From positions 53,320,001-53,384,000 of the forward strand of contig NC_043004.1 in assembly GCF_006345805.1 (NCBI RefSeq): a stretch of 64,000 bases of DNA, written 5' to 3'. This DNA is from Octopus sinensis. Taxonomy: Eukaryota. Every line of letters starts with the position of its first letter. The first letter of the stretch is position 1. A model generated the notes under the pieces. It was not told where the DNA came from and searched no databases. It worked only from the letters and a program-made list of their open reading frames with translations. A program made the translations under genes and the position numbers. Of this stretch, positions 1 to 12,692 are shown piece by piece.

Positions 1-682
1 CAAGCATTCACGAACGCCCCCACCACAACCACGACCACCACCACATAAGCACCTTGCTACTCACTTTGGACTTCGATCGTGTTGGACAAAGCTATCCAGG
101 ACTTTTATCGAACGAATCGACCCCAGAATTCATAAGAGGCTTGTATGCGTCACACCTGAGTTACGAATGCGTAAAGAAGACAAGCTCGGGTGTCTAAGAG
201 GTGGAACAGTGCAACCATACAAAGACGAAAGTTACACACATAAAGGCGTGAAAATATATACATGTATATTTATTTATTTGCACATATTCTATCGATTTAT
301 ATATACAGATATGTATGTGTATATATATATATATATATATATTATAATATATAATATATATATATGTATATGTATATGTACACACACATTCGCACGCACA
401 TATCTACGCGCGCGCACACGCACACACTCACACACCCGTATATATCGACGGCTTTAGTTGAGCTCAACAAGAAGACTGAACTCAATGCAATGCGGTAAAG
501 AGTCAAGCCTCTTAACACGCGACTACGACCGGCGTCTATATATAATATATATATATATATATATTATATATAATATATATATATATAATATATATATAGT
601 ATATATATATATATAATATATTATATATACATATACATATACATATACAATACATATATATATATATAGAGAGAGAGAGATT

Positions 683-721
<39 letters not shown>

Positions 722-1047
722 TATATATTGCGCGCGTATGTGTGGGTGAACCTATGAACGTTTCTAATATAGGTTTCATACTTGAAAGTTGAGAGAGGTT
801 TATAGTCAATTACGTAGAACTCCACCTCCCCGTATTAAACTGGTATTTTTACTTTCAACGCCGGAACGGATGGAAATCCAAGTTGATATCGACTGTATTT
901 GAATGTTGAACCTAAAGAAGACGAAATGCTACAAAGTATTTTGTCCCACATGTTAACGATTCTGCCAGCTATCTACTTTTATACATGCACATATAATATG
1001 CATATTCATGTAAGAGTACTTACGTGTATATATATATACGTGGATTC

Positions 1048-1116
<69 letters not shown>

Positions 1117-1249
1117 CATATATAATACGTATATAAGTATACATGCTAGTTAGGATCTTACAACATTAGACGAGCCCGTGGTTTACTTTCATTTTGACAA
1201 GCCTGTAGCACGTATTTAAACCTCGTCATATTTGTAGGCACATCACACC

Positions 1250-1666
1250 TGTTTTTTCATATCGAGATAAACAGCGCATGACCTTGCAGGTGGCATCCAG
1301 TTACAATTTTCTTGTGGTCGAGTAGCCCATCCCGCACTAAAGGTCCCTGAACGAGGGTTGTTTAAGGATATTGATTGAAACACTAATGCTTCCAGGGGTG
1401 AATTATTCAAAGTCCAAAACATTCCTCTGAACACATGGCTATGATGATCCCCCAATACCTCTGCTCTTGATCAGAGATGCATATATCGTCAGCCAGCAAG
1501 TGACATGTACAAATGGTTAAGCGCAATAAACTGACAAGCAAATCTGTAGTATTGAGCAGAATATTTGCTGTAGCCTATCTTCTTTACCGAGACAAAACAT
1601 ATACATGATAACACTTCCAATCAGTTAAGACCATAAGCCATGAGAGCCAATGCCCAGTACTGCATT
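1250..1666 (-). mobile_element. Partial copy of the ~550-bp (AAT)n-associated dispersed repeat ('family R')
   Basis: Aligns by eye to 6046-6600 (shared blocks such as gataaacagc..gaccttgcaggt, gatcagagatgca.atatcgtcagcc, catgataacacttccaatcagttaaga). Starts about 10 bp after the stop codon of the R4/Dong ORF on the minus strand. Confidence 0.85.
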
Positions 1667-1675
1667 TAAATAACC

Positions 1676-1963
1676 TTAGATCCCTAGAACCTTATTAAGT
1701 ATCGTAGCTGTCCCTGATAATGCATTTTTCTGGAGCTGCATTAAACGAGATTTTATGCCCATTTCCTCTATCAATCGTCAAAACTTCAGCAATATCCTAA
1801 TGCTCCAATAATTCTAGGGAAACATTGTACCAGCAGTTTCCAAAATCTCTGTAACTCAACGGTTAGATCCCGGTCATTTTCTATTATTTCTATACTTCTC
1901 ATATTGACGTTCTCATATTTGGGACTGTAAAGACAATTACTTTGCACTTGCCTTTCCCTTTGT

Positions 1964-2047
<84 letters not shown>

Positions 2048-2690
2048 TTACTACTACTGCTGCTGCTGCTGCTTCTGCTATTACTAAGTCAGGTCTTCAG
2101 CGGTTATTACTCCGTTAGTCTGACTGCTAAAATCCCACAACTTCTTACAGTTCTCAATTTCTAGCAATATACAAGGTTCATGATCATACCGTTTATCACA
2201 ACTTGCGATGGATTATTCTCCCTAGGTTGCCATGTCTTTTCTTGTATTCTCCCTGTGCAGCATACTACATTGACTAACTATATGAGCAATACTTTTTTCC
2301 TTTGGTTCACATAACCAATATTAGGAATGTATCTGATTCTGGCTCTTTGGTGTTCCTATCTTCTACTGCCACACTATCAGCTCTTAAAATTCCCTCACTA
2401 TTACCTACATAAGAGGCTATATCTTCTCAAGCTAACTCCACACAGTCGACTACTGATAATAAATCTCTGCTGCTTTCTTGTCTAGGTAAATACTATCTTG
2501 CAACTCTAGTTCTTGGATGAAGTTTTCCATTCATATTGACTTCCTACATAGTTCTTTTGTCTAGATTTAGCAATTCAGATTATGTCCAATATAGAAAAGT
2601 TGCTGAATATGGTGAGTAACGATTCTGCCTAACTATTTCCACCTTTGATTAGATTTGAAAAGATTAGATTTGACTTCATTAACCACCCCC
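1676..2690 (-). mobile_element. Decayed R4/Dong-clade non-LTR retrotransposon, C-terminal part (post-RT region, CCHC knuckle, restriction-like endonuclease)
   Basis: Manual minus-strand translation across stops and frameshifts: YSATFLYWT*SELL; NLDKRTM*EVNMNGKLHPRTRVAR*YLPRQESSRDLLSVVDCVE; CEPKEKSIAHIVSQCSML; YDHEPCILLEIENCKKLWDFSSQT; PDLVI...VDKGKGKCKVIVFTVP; LQRFWK...IIGALG; LQKNALSGTATILNKVLGI* (stop 1676-1678). These match recalled R4/Dong motifs (LHP..DVDRLYLPR.EGGRGL, LWDF.IQTD, RPD, LQK.ALLGTA.ILRKVL). Confidence 0.85.
1965..2078. repeat. (TAC)n/(TGC)n trinucleotide tract inside the R4/Dong RLE coding region
   Basis: 114 bp of TAC/TGC units lying between the minus-strand codons for PDLVI and DKGKGKCK. 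Confidence 0.95.
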
Positions 2691-2719
2691 CACGTTTCGG
2701 ATGTAGTCGTTCTCCAGTT

Positions 2720-3060
2720 TCTCTTTCATTTGTATTGTATATATAATTACCAACTATGTCATGTCTGTGGATATATTCTCTCTGGTTCAGAGCTGGGTAG
2801 CCAGAGACAATATGATTTATTGTTTCTTCTGAATCACGGTCTTTGCTGCTGCAAGTTACCTGTCGTAAGTTTCCTTAGTATGGAATTTTAGCTATCACTA
2901 TAGAAGAAGCTTTGATCTTGTGCCACAGTTAAAACAAATATCCTCTCTGTTTTAAGTCTAGAACTTTCCGAACAGTGCTGAGATTTTACATTGTTTCTCT
3001 TCTGTTTAGCATATCCCAGTGTTTGCTAACAGAAGGATTGTTAAATATTGTTTTTGTAGT
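2720..3060 (-). mobile_element. Second, independent R4/Dong fragment (pre-knuckle and CCHC region)
   Basis: Minus-strand translation KTERIFVLTVAQDQS and CSSKDRDSEETINHIVSGYPALNQREYIHRHDIVGNYIQYK, resembling LKAETEGFIIAAQDQSL and EETINHIVSGCP.LA..EY..RHD.V. It repeats a domain already present in the 1676-2690 fragment. Confidence 0.75.
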
Positions 3061-4605
3061 TGTTGTTGTTGTTGCTATTTTGATGAAGTTTATTGTCGAG
3101 CACTTGTCTTTGATTCCTACTATTGGACATTCTCTCACAAGGCCCTATGATGGAAAATGCTGAAACATTTTCTCATTCCATCTCTATTTCACAATCACTG
3201 TTCTGCTATGAATGTTTATACAATCGAAACCATAAAGGAAATTATGGATCTAAGAACATCCTTTTTCTGGTGGAAGCGCCTTAACCCTCAAGTCACTTAT
3301 CTCACTTTGATGAGGTATTTATAATTTAAACGCATCGGCCTTTTTATACCTTCAATGTTATCAAACTGCCATAAGACCAGAATAGTTTTTTCACCAATAA
3401 TATATTGTAAAGCAGTACGAAAGGTTCCACGAAATTCGATGGCTTTACCCAGTTATTTATACTAAGATTTTCACAATCTATGCAAGTATACATACACACA
3501 GAGACACACAGACATGCATACACTAACGGACACATATACACACACACATATTCATCTGTATGTTCAACTGGTATCTCACACACGTACAGAGATACACACA
3601 CACATACGTATTTATTCTCACACACATATAACTTCTTATGCATACACACACACGATCACCCCATACCAACCCAAAATGGATGTTGTTCATAGTCTATTAA
3701 ATTAAACCACTCTATGAAACGGGGTCAAGGCTGTCTAACGGACTGAATTGTATAATTTTCTTGGGAACTTGAATTCCATATAAACTCTCACACACGGAGA
3801 ACACACAGTTACACAAAAACAAACACACACACATACACACAAACAAACAAACAAACACACAAACACACACATAAACGCACACACACATCCACATGATATT
3901 TTAGTCTTAAATGAAGTAGGTCTTAAAGTACGCATTTGTATGGTCAGAAGTGAAACGCACTGAATCATTGGTTAGCTTTTCTTCTATTCTTAAACACCAT
4001 CAAAATTTATTTGTATGTTAAAGTGATTCTACTATGAAGCTAGGCTTAAAAAGAAATTCAAAGTGTGTAAGACTTTAATACAGAAATGATCAAGATTAAA
4101 ATCAAACTAATACAATTTACCGCGCCTGATATAACCAGCAGCTTTAAAATCTCATAGAAAATATGAAATCGATAAAGCAGCAAATCTTTCAGTTTTATTC
4201 AACAATCATAAACATCTGACATTGTCATATTGCAATCTTTAATTAATACAAATAACGAATAAATTACTAATAAAGATACTGAAAAAAAGAAAATCTAAAA
4301 TAAGATGGAGCAGATGTTGCGGAATAAATGTAACGTATTTAAATCATTAGATGTCGTTAATGTTGTTGTTGTTGTTGCTGTTGTTGTTTTTAGCACTATA
4401 TCAGCAGTCGTAGAGCATATTTTTGAAATTAAGAACTCCTACTTGACCACGCTGTCATTGAACATATAAATGTATTTATCTACATACGAGTATGTGTAAA
4501 ACGCGGTAGTTTTATGTGAAGATGTTTAGCCTCGCATTCTATTACAAGAGGTACATACCCACACATACACTATTGTTTTATCTCGGAAGCATCATTCTAC
4601 CAGCA

Positions 4606-4636
<31 letters not shown>

Positions 4637-4953
4637 TATATATATATGCACTGGCTCTTTATTTTCGTGAAATGGTTATTCTTTAACCAATCAACTAATC
4701 GATTTTTTTATTAATCATTCGGTAATAGTAAGGAGTTGTATTTCACAAAGTTCTTCTGTCACCATTCGCAACATGTGCAATGGCATGAGCCCTTTTCTGT
4801 AGGTGAGCATCAGGTTACTCTGAGCATTTATTTGGCCTCACTTAATTTTTCTGCATGTATGTATGTATGTATGTATGTATGTATGTATGTATGTATGTAT
4901 CTATCTATCTATCTATCTATCTATGTCTATCTATCTGTCTATCTGCCTGTCCG

Positions 4954-5053
4954 NNNNNNNNNNNNNNNNNNNNNNNNNNNNNNNNNNNNNNNNNNNNNNN
5001 NNNNNNNNNNNNNNNNNNNNNNNNNNNNNNNNNNNNNNNNNNNNNNNNNNNNN
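4954..5053. other. Assembly gap (100 N)
   Basis: Exactly 100 Ns next to (TATG)n/(TATC)n tracts; typical fixed-size scaffold spacer. Confidence 1.
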
Positions 5054-5442
5054 ATTTATTTACTAAAAGGACAATTATAACTATAAACATACATGTACAG
5101 CGTATTATGCTTAACATATATAATATATAAAGATATCAGCAATTATTAAAATATATAACATACAGGAATAGAAATTTGGATAATATCTTACAGATGTTTC
5201 AAAAATACCACATTCTACCTTTATCCCTCCAGTAGATTGAAGTAATTAGTAGATGACATTAAGGTACTTGGGTGTCTCTTTAGGCTTCGTCAGAGATTTT
5301 AGAAAGTACATAAGGTTACGTTATAAATATAAATGCACACACATATACATACTTATACATATACATAAATATTCATAAATATATATATTCCTACACTTAA
5401 ATGTACATGAATATTTGCATGTATAAGCATACAAAAGAATCA

Positions 5443-5521
<79 letters not shown>

Positions 5522-5679
5522 GATGCATTATATTATTCATATTAAATAAAATATGAATAAAAGTATGAACATATCGTTCACTTGTTAACAGTGGTACAAT
5601 TCTTCTTCTTCTTCTTCTTCTTCTTCTACTTCGTATTATTTATATTATTATCATCATCATCATCATCATCATCATTATT

Positions 5680-5990
5680 GGGTGAGAGAGCAGTGCATGC
5701 CATCGAAGTGGAACTGGGATAAGATATACGAAGCCCAGTATACCCATCATGACTACCCTTCCGATAAGGAGACACCAAGCACATGCATCAGAACAATATG
5801 CTCACAGTATGGTGATTTTATATCAAGATAAACAGCACATAACCTTGCAGGTAAGTAAATCTGTGGTATTGAGCAGAATATTTGCTTTAGCCCATCTTTC
5901 ATAGCAAGACAAAGCAATATACATGATAACACTTCCAATCAGTTAAGATCAGAAGCTACGAGAGCCACTGCTTGGTACTGAATTAGGGCA
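5680..5990 (-). mobile_element. Internally deleted copy of family R repeat
   Basis: Same two termini as 6046-6600 (g.gtgagagagcagt ... gggca), middle missing, bounded by (ATC)n/(ATT)n tracts. Confidence 0.85.
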
Positions 5991-5997
5991 TTAATTA

Positions 5998-6038
<41 letters not shown>

Positions 6039-6045
6039 TATTATT

Positions 6046-6600
6046 GAGTGAGAGAGCAGTTCATGCCATCAAAGTGACACTGGGGTAAATATACGAAGCC
6101 CAATATACCCATCATGACTACCCGTCTGATAAGGGTACACCAGGCACATGCATCACAACCATATGTGCGCGACATGGTGATCTCATATCAAGATAAACAG
6201 CACATGACCTTGCAGGTGGGGCCCAGTTAGAATTTTCTTCAGGTTGAGTAGCCCATCCCGCTCAAAAGGTCCCTGAATAAGAGTTGTTTAAGGATGTTGA
6301 AAGAACCACCCATGTTTCCAGAGGTGAATTATTCAAACCCCAAAGAATCCCTCTCAACACATTGCTATGATACTCCCTCACTACTTCTGCTCGTGATCAG
6401 AGATGCACATATCGTCAGCCACTAATGGACATGCTCAACTGGTTAAGGTCAAACAACTGACAAGCAAATCTGTGGTATTGAGCAGAATATTTGCTGTAGC
6501 CCATCTTTTATACCAAGACAAAACAATGTACATGATAACACTTCCAATCAGTTAAGATCAGAAGCCATGAGAGCCACTGCCTGGTACTGCATCAGGGCAT
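6046..6600 (-). mobile_element. Full-length ~555-bp family R repeat (SINE-like or LINE 3'-UTR derived) embedded in (ATT)n
   Basis: Homologous copies at 1250-1666, 5680-5990 and ~10290-10430; (ATT)n on both sides. Confidence 0.85.
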
Positions 6601-6635
6601 TTATTATTATTATTATTATTATTGTTATTATTATA

Positions 6636-6735
<100 letters not shown>

Positions 6736-7216
6736 AGTATAATTATTATTATTATTGAAGCACAGTACTTTATTCCGAGAAATACGTGGAACAAATAGAG
6801 GCTGAAATAAGGGCGGGAGCTCTTGCAGAAAACAGCACTGCTTGGAACCTCTCCAATACTCAGGAAGGTGCTCGAAAAATAAGAGTTGTTACCTTAGTTC
6901 ACTAGTAGTGAACAGCTGATACTGTAGCACATCTCCAGCGTTAGAAGCTGTGCAAAGGCAATGATAATAATAATGATAATAATGAAAATTTACGTATATA
7001 TATATACTTTGGTCCCTTGTAAATATATATATGTGTGTGTGTGTCTGTGTATTTCTGTGTGGTGTGTGTGTGTGTGTGTATCTGTGGTGTGTGTATGTAT
7101 AGAAGCTCAGCTATACTTTAAACTTGGAATTAGGTTGAGAGTAGGACTGCCTATGAATTCTGTTGTGTCTGGGAAGAGTCACTCACCGGTAAAATTTCCA
7201 CTTGTTTCTTATTTTT

Positions 7217-7661
7217 AACATAAGGGGGATCAGCCATCTGAATGTGGCTAGGGTCAGGGCGGGGTGGTGGGGGTGTTACTGGTGCATTTAGCCCCAGGCG
7301 AACATCAACGTCACCAGAAGAGCTGACACCATCTCGGTGTCCTTGCCAGCCTGCAAAGGGAGATCAGCCTCCCCGAAGATACGGATACTACATACGGACC
7401 GGTTTCGAGGTTATTGCCTCTTGTCAACGTATGGTAAGCACCGCCCTTCGTTGACAAGAGGCAATAACCTCGAAACCGGTCCGTATGTAGTATCCGTATC
7501 TTCGGGGAGGCTGATCTCCCTTTGCAGGCTGGCAAGGACACCGAGATGGTGTCAGCTCTTCTGGTGACGTTGATGTTCGCCTGGGGCTAAATGCATCAGT
7601 AACACCCCCACCACCCCGCCCTGACCCTAGCCACATTCAGATGGCTGATCCCCCTTATGTT
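7217..7661. mobile_element. Fold-back element: 213-bp inverted arms, 19-bp spacer, 9-bp TSD (CTTATTTTT), hammerhead motif at centre
   Basis: Arms 7217-7429 and 7449-7661 differ at one position. CTTATTTTT at 7208-7216 and 7662-7670. The empty site is visible in a homologous repeat copy near 8175-8210 (minus). Confidence 0.95.
7391..7433 (-). ncRNA. Type-I hammerhead ribozyme motif, U3-A8 covariant core
   Basis: Minus strand: CATACG-TTGACAA-GAGG-CAATAA-CCTC-GAAA-CCGG-TC^-CGTATG. Stem I 6 bp, stem II 4 bp, palindromic stem III ACCGGT, GUC triplet. Confidence 0.85.
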
Positions 7662-8437
7662 CTTATTTTTATTTTCCTAAAATTTTCGTTGCGTCTTTCA
7701 ACCTTTGGAATAGTCTTGACTCTGTCGTTATTTACACTGCGTTCCTTTTGTTTGTATGTGCGCATGTGTGTAGGTCAGTGTGTTTGTGTGTGTGTGTGTG
7801 CCTATGCATGCATGCATGTACGTATCTATGTGTGTATGTATGTATGTATGTATTTATGTATGTATGCATGTGTATGTATGTATATGTGTGTGTGTGTGCA
7901 TCTGTATGTATGCACCCTCTATATTCATGTGCTTCCATGTCCGTGTTTGTGTATTTTCTATATATGTGTGTGTGTAGCGTGTTTGTATATGTATGCACCT
8001 ATGTCTCCTTGTGTGTGCATGTCTGTGTGTGTGTGTGTGTGTTATGCAACTATGCATGCATGCATAGGCACACACACACTGACCCACACACATGCGCACA
8101 AACAAACAAAAAGGAGCACAGTGTAAGTAACGGACTATTGAAAAGTTAGCAAAGACGCAACTCAAATTTTAGGAAAATAAAAATAAGAAATAAGTGGAAA
8201 TTTTACCGGTGAGTGTGTTACAATATAAGGCACAAAAACAAAATGACTCTTCCCAGGCACAACAGAATATGCTTCAACACACGAACTCATATAAAGAATC
8301 TTGCAAACCAAATCCAAAAACGAAATATGTCCACGAAATAATTGTTTGTTCTGGTTGAACAATTAAAAATCTTCCTGAAATCGAACGACACCTTGTATAT
8401 CTGTGCGTGCACTGATGTGTGTATGTGTGTGTTTGTG

Positions 8438-8473
<36 letters not shown>

Positions 8474-8541
8474 TGTGTATGTCAGATTACATACACCACA
8501 TATGTGTATGTGTGTGTGTATATATATGCATGAATGCTATA

Positions 8542-8596
<55 letters not shown>

Positions 8597-8651
8597 GTGT
8601 ATATAGTAATAATGTATATATACACACATATATTAGAACGTATATATACAT

Positions 8652-8694
<43 letters not shown>

Positions 8695-8992
8695 CACACA
8701 TATATATATATATATACAACTTCAGCAAAATTTAGATTCAGATGAAATGGTGCTTAAGTCAAAGGCACCAGAATTTTGTATGGTATTATCCATATTAATC
8801 AAATGGGGTGATTATAATCAAAATATGCAACAAGTATATCCAAGGTAGAGTAGTACAATTGTTTCATGCCACTTCACTTTACTTAACACTGTAAGTATTA
8901 CATCAGTTTTAAATTGTTGAGCAATCTTCAGCCACTTATAAATTTTCCAATCAAACGGACAATGCACATTCTTATCCATATGGATATATATA

Positions 8993-9025
<33 letters not shown>

Positions 9026-9085
9026 AAGAGAGAGAGAGAGAGAGAGCGATAGAGATAAATAGAGAGATAGATATAGCATACATGC

Positions 9086-9142
<57 letters not shown>

Positions 9143-9612
9143 AACAGAGAGGGAGAGAGATTGATAGATAAATAAGATGCATACATACATATATGTACAT
9201 ATATTTACATGCAGGCATATATAAACAGGGAAACATATACGTATATACATATATACATACATTCTTAAATACATAAATACATACAAAATATCTTTGTAAT
9301 ATTGGTTCTTGCGTTTAATTATTAAGCTTATAGATGTAGGGATTATATTGGAAATAGTTGTTATCTCGTTTTTAGTTTGGTAATTGAAGATTAATGCATA
9401 ATATGTATATAAATTGATTAAGTTATTTTCAATATATTTACCTACACACTTACACATATATTATGCATATACATAAAAATATTCATATATAAACATATAT
9501 ATGATTATGCATAAAAGGTATTTGAATATGCCTATTTTTATGTATATGATATATATATGTGTATCTACATATGTCTCTCTCTCTATCTCTCTCTCTCTCT
9601 CTATCTCTCTCT

Positions 9613-9652
<40 letters not shown>

Positions 9653-10695
9653 CCTTTCATGTATATGTCTATCGTAGATACATGTGTGAATGTATATGTT
9701 GCATGTACGTGTCCATATGTATGTGTGTTGTTACTGTGTGCATATGTGCATGTGTTTGTTTTTTGTTTCTAAGTGTAAGAGAACGTGCGCACATGCATTT
9801 ATGTTTATACATCAACGTGCTACACATACACAAAGTGAGGACTTCACATACATACGCGAACTAACACACACATACGCACATACATACACACACACATAGC
9901 TTAAGCAATTTTCTGAAACCTGATTGCATCTTTTATATTTTCTGTAGTTATCTTAATCCACGAAGTATATTCAATTTATCTGACAATTAAAAATGTTGCA
10001 TTATGCGTAGATTTACGTCATAAATTTTGTAAGCCAATCAAATACACAAATATTATGTTATCTATGTTTTGTAGGCTATTGGGTTTGAAGTGCGGGTACA
10101 CAAACTATAACAGGTAAACAGGTTGGTACCCGATGTGGAGTATCAGCTTTGGGGTATTTATGACGACGTTAATTACACTGTGTTAAATTATTTTTGTCCT
10201 TGGGTAGTAATTTTCTTTTAGCTAATCCCAACAAACTATGAAAAATTCCAGATGTTTCCTTAAAATTTGCTTTTCTTACATTTATTCAAAGCACAAGGTT
10301 TTGTTGTTTCGCCACTACTCCTGTTCATGATCAGAGTTGTACATACTGTCAGGCACTAAGGGATATACTCAAGTGGTTAAGATCAAGCAGCTAACAAGCA
10401 AATCCGTAGTATTGAGCAGGATATTAGCTATGTCGATATTTCTGCTTCAGCAATACTGCGCTTAAACTGTCAGCGCTAAAGAAAGCCATTTTCAAAACAC
10501 TAGTGTCCAGCTAATAAAAGCAATGTTTGAAGGGATAGTTCTCATTTCCTTTGGTTTTGGTTTTTAGATGGATGCAAATAGGAAATAACAGTTACTGACC
10601 AAAGACAAAGTAAAATGAAAAAATAAGAAATATAAATTTTGTTATAGTGCTATCATAGCGTTAATATTCTGGTGTCAGGTGTCGAACACGCAGAG

Positions 10696-10905
10696 TCTTT
10701 TCTACTCTAGGCAAAAGGCACGAAATGTTGGGGGAAGGGTATAGTCGATTAGATTGACCCCAGCACGCAACTAGTAGTTAATTTATCGACCACGAAAGGA
10801 TGAAAGGCATTGTCGATCTAGGTGGAATTTGAACTCAGAACGTAAAGATAGTTGAAATATCGCTAAGCATTTCGCCCGACGTGCTAACGTTTCTGCCAGC
10901 TCGCC
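10696..10905 (-). mobile_element. tRNA-derived SINE, family B (central GCCTTTCATCCTTTCGGGGTCGATAAATTAAGTACCAG domain)
   Basis: A-box-like TGGCAGAAACG and B-box-like GAGTTCAAATTCC. More than 10 copies in the window. The central domain resembles what I recall as the Meta-SINE domain (unverified). Confidence 0.85.
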
Positions 10906-11189
10906 AACATGTCGAACTTGCAGAATCGTCGAGATGCCGGGTTAAATACTTATTGGCATTTCGTCCGAATTTACGTTCTGAATTCAAATTCTGCCGCGCT
11001 CGCCATTTGCCTTTCGTTCTTTTGGCATCGGGCACTACGGTTGATGCAATCGAATTAATCTTTCCCCAATCCCAAATGACTAGTCTTGAGCCAGAATTTG
11101 AAACAAATATTCTGCTGCGTGGACAACGACGGCGATGTTGATATTGGAGATGGTGGTGGTGTATGTGATGATGAGATGACGATGGGGAG

Positions 11190-11253
11190 AAAAATTGATG
11201 ATGATGATGATGATGATGATGACGACGACGACGACGATGAAGGTGATGATGAA

Positions 11254-11296
<43 letters not shown>

Positions 11297-11345
11297 GTAA
11301 TTATGAAGATGAAGATGATGATGATGATGATGATGATGATGGTGA
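11190..11345. repeat. (GAT)n/(GAC)n microsatellite
   Basis: Pure trinucleotide runs; the source of the poly-His/Asp/Met ORFs in the track. Confidence 0.95.
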
Positions 11346-12359
11346 TGAAGTGGGTTAATGGGGTTGTCTGGTTGTGTTTGCAGCGTTAATGATGAAACCG
11401 ACCAAGAAAGCAACAGCGGAGATGATCACGACGACAATGACCAAGCTGTTACTGATGTCGCTGCTGTTGAAAATGATGATGATGTTGTTGTTGTTGTTTG
11501 TGGTTGTGATTGTTCTGCTGCTGTTCTTCATGCTGGTCGTGATTTTTATGGCGCATCTACTAGTGGCAGTCGGGATTCTAAAGATGATGGTGACGATGTT
11601 TTTTTTGTTTTTTTTTAATGACTAGCAATAATCACTTGGAAGTGTTAGTGAAGCGTGAAATCCTGTCTGCTACAATGTAAGACAAAAATGTATTAGCTAG
11701 CGTATGACGCATCACACATGTGCGTGCGTATGTGTGTGTGAAAGAGAGTAAGTATTTGCGTTAGTATATCTGTGTATTGTGTGTGGTGTGGTGTGGTGTG
11801 TGTGGTGTGTGTGTGTGGTGTGTGTGTGTGTGTGTGTGTGTGTGTGCATCTGTATTGGTATTAGCGAGTATTGCCTGGTATGCGGTGACCGGAGTCCCGA
11901 ACTGATGGTATCCATTTGATTTAAATCCTGTGATATGTTAGAACTAATATATCACATGACTAACATATCACGAATAGACGATTCTCATCGGTAAGAATTA
12001 TTTGTATGCCTTTTATACACAAGCATCAATATTTGAAGTTCTCTGAAGGCTAATAAAGCAGTAGGCGGTGTTCTAAACAGGGATCGACGTTATGTTGAAT
12101 ATATATAAAGATTACCTTAGGGCTTTAGTACATACTTACATACATACATACATAATACATACATACATACATACATATATACATACATACATGCGTACAT
12201 ACGCACATACATACATACATACATACATATTTAATACATATATAATACATATATATAATACATTTAAGTCTTCCTGCCGAATTACACTCTCTTCCACATG
12301 CCCGACAGATAAGATCAATATGGTGTGTTACACCACCACAAGTGGCAGGTTGTCACTTA

Positions 12360-12692
12360 TCTGTCTCGCTTTATGACTTCGAAGATGACTCTTGAGTCCA
12401 GCTTTACTGAGGCAGGGTCTTGCACAGACAATGCAGGTTAGCATCTTAGGAAGATCCTTCCCATCTGGAAGTGTAACAGCGATGCCCTTCCTGACATCCC
12501 TCCTTACTTTCTCATGTGCAACTCTAGATTTCTCAAAAGTGGCTGTCCCCTCGTGCACAATCCTTCTTCACCTGCTACGATCAATAGTTCTGCTTTCTCA
12601 TGTGTCAGGAGAGATGCAAGCATCTCTTAAGGAAGCTTTCAGCAAGTTCTTATACCTCTTCTTTGGTTTATGTGGAAGTCGTTCTCTTTTAG
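12360..12692 (-). mobile_element. RTE/BovB-type LINE 3' fragment
   Basis: KKRYKNLLKASLRDACISPDT*ESRTIDRSR*RRIVHEGTATFEKSR...LTCIVCARPCLSKAGLKSHLRSH resembles the RTE C-terminus (KKRYKDTLKASLK...W...A.DR..WR, terminal C2H2 GL.SH.R.H). Confidence 0.85.

Noticed and set aside
4861-5053. Structure spanning the N-run
   Set aside because: The 100-N gap has unknown true size, so adjacency across it is not evidence.
5260-5300. CTGACGA or CTGATGA boxes at 5288 (-), 13613 (+), 26295 (+), 36306 (-) and inside family R and SINE-B
   Set aside because: No matching GAAA box and stem I/III in register; such 7-mers are expected by chance.
7242-7636. Four mirror-image 70-76 aa ORFs
   Set aside because: A by-product of the 445-bp palindrome; short and with no recognisable domain.
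7217-7661. Plain Mutator/Foldback MITE as the sole interpretation
   Set aside because: The 9-bp TSD fits, but it does not explain a fully base-paired hammerhead at the centre. Kept as the alternative hypothesis rather than the call.
10835-11625. 192-aa poly-His ORF and overlapping poly-Asp and poly-Met ORFs
   Set aside because: Produced by (GAT)n/(GAC)n repeats plus SINE-B sequence; open in several frames for compositional reasons.
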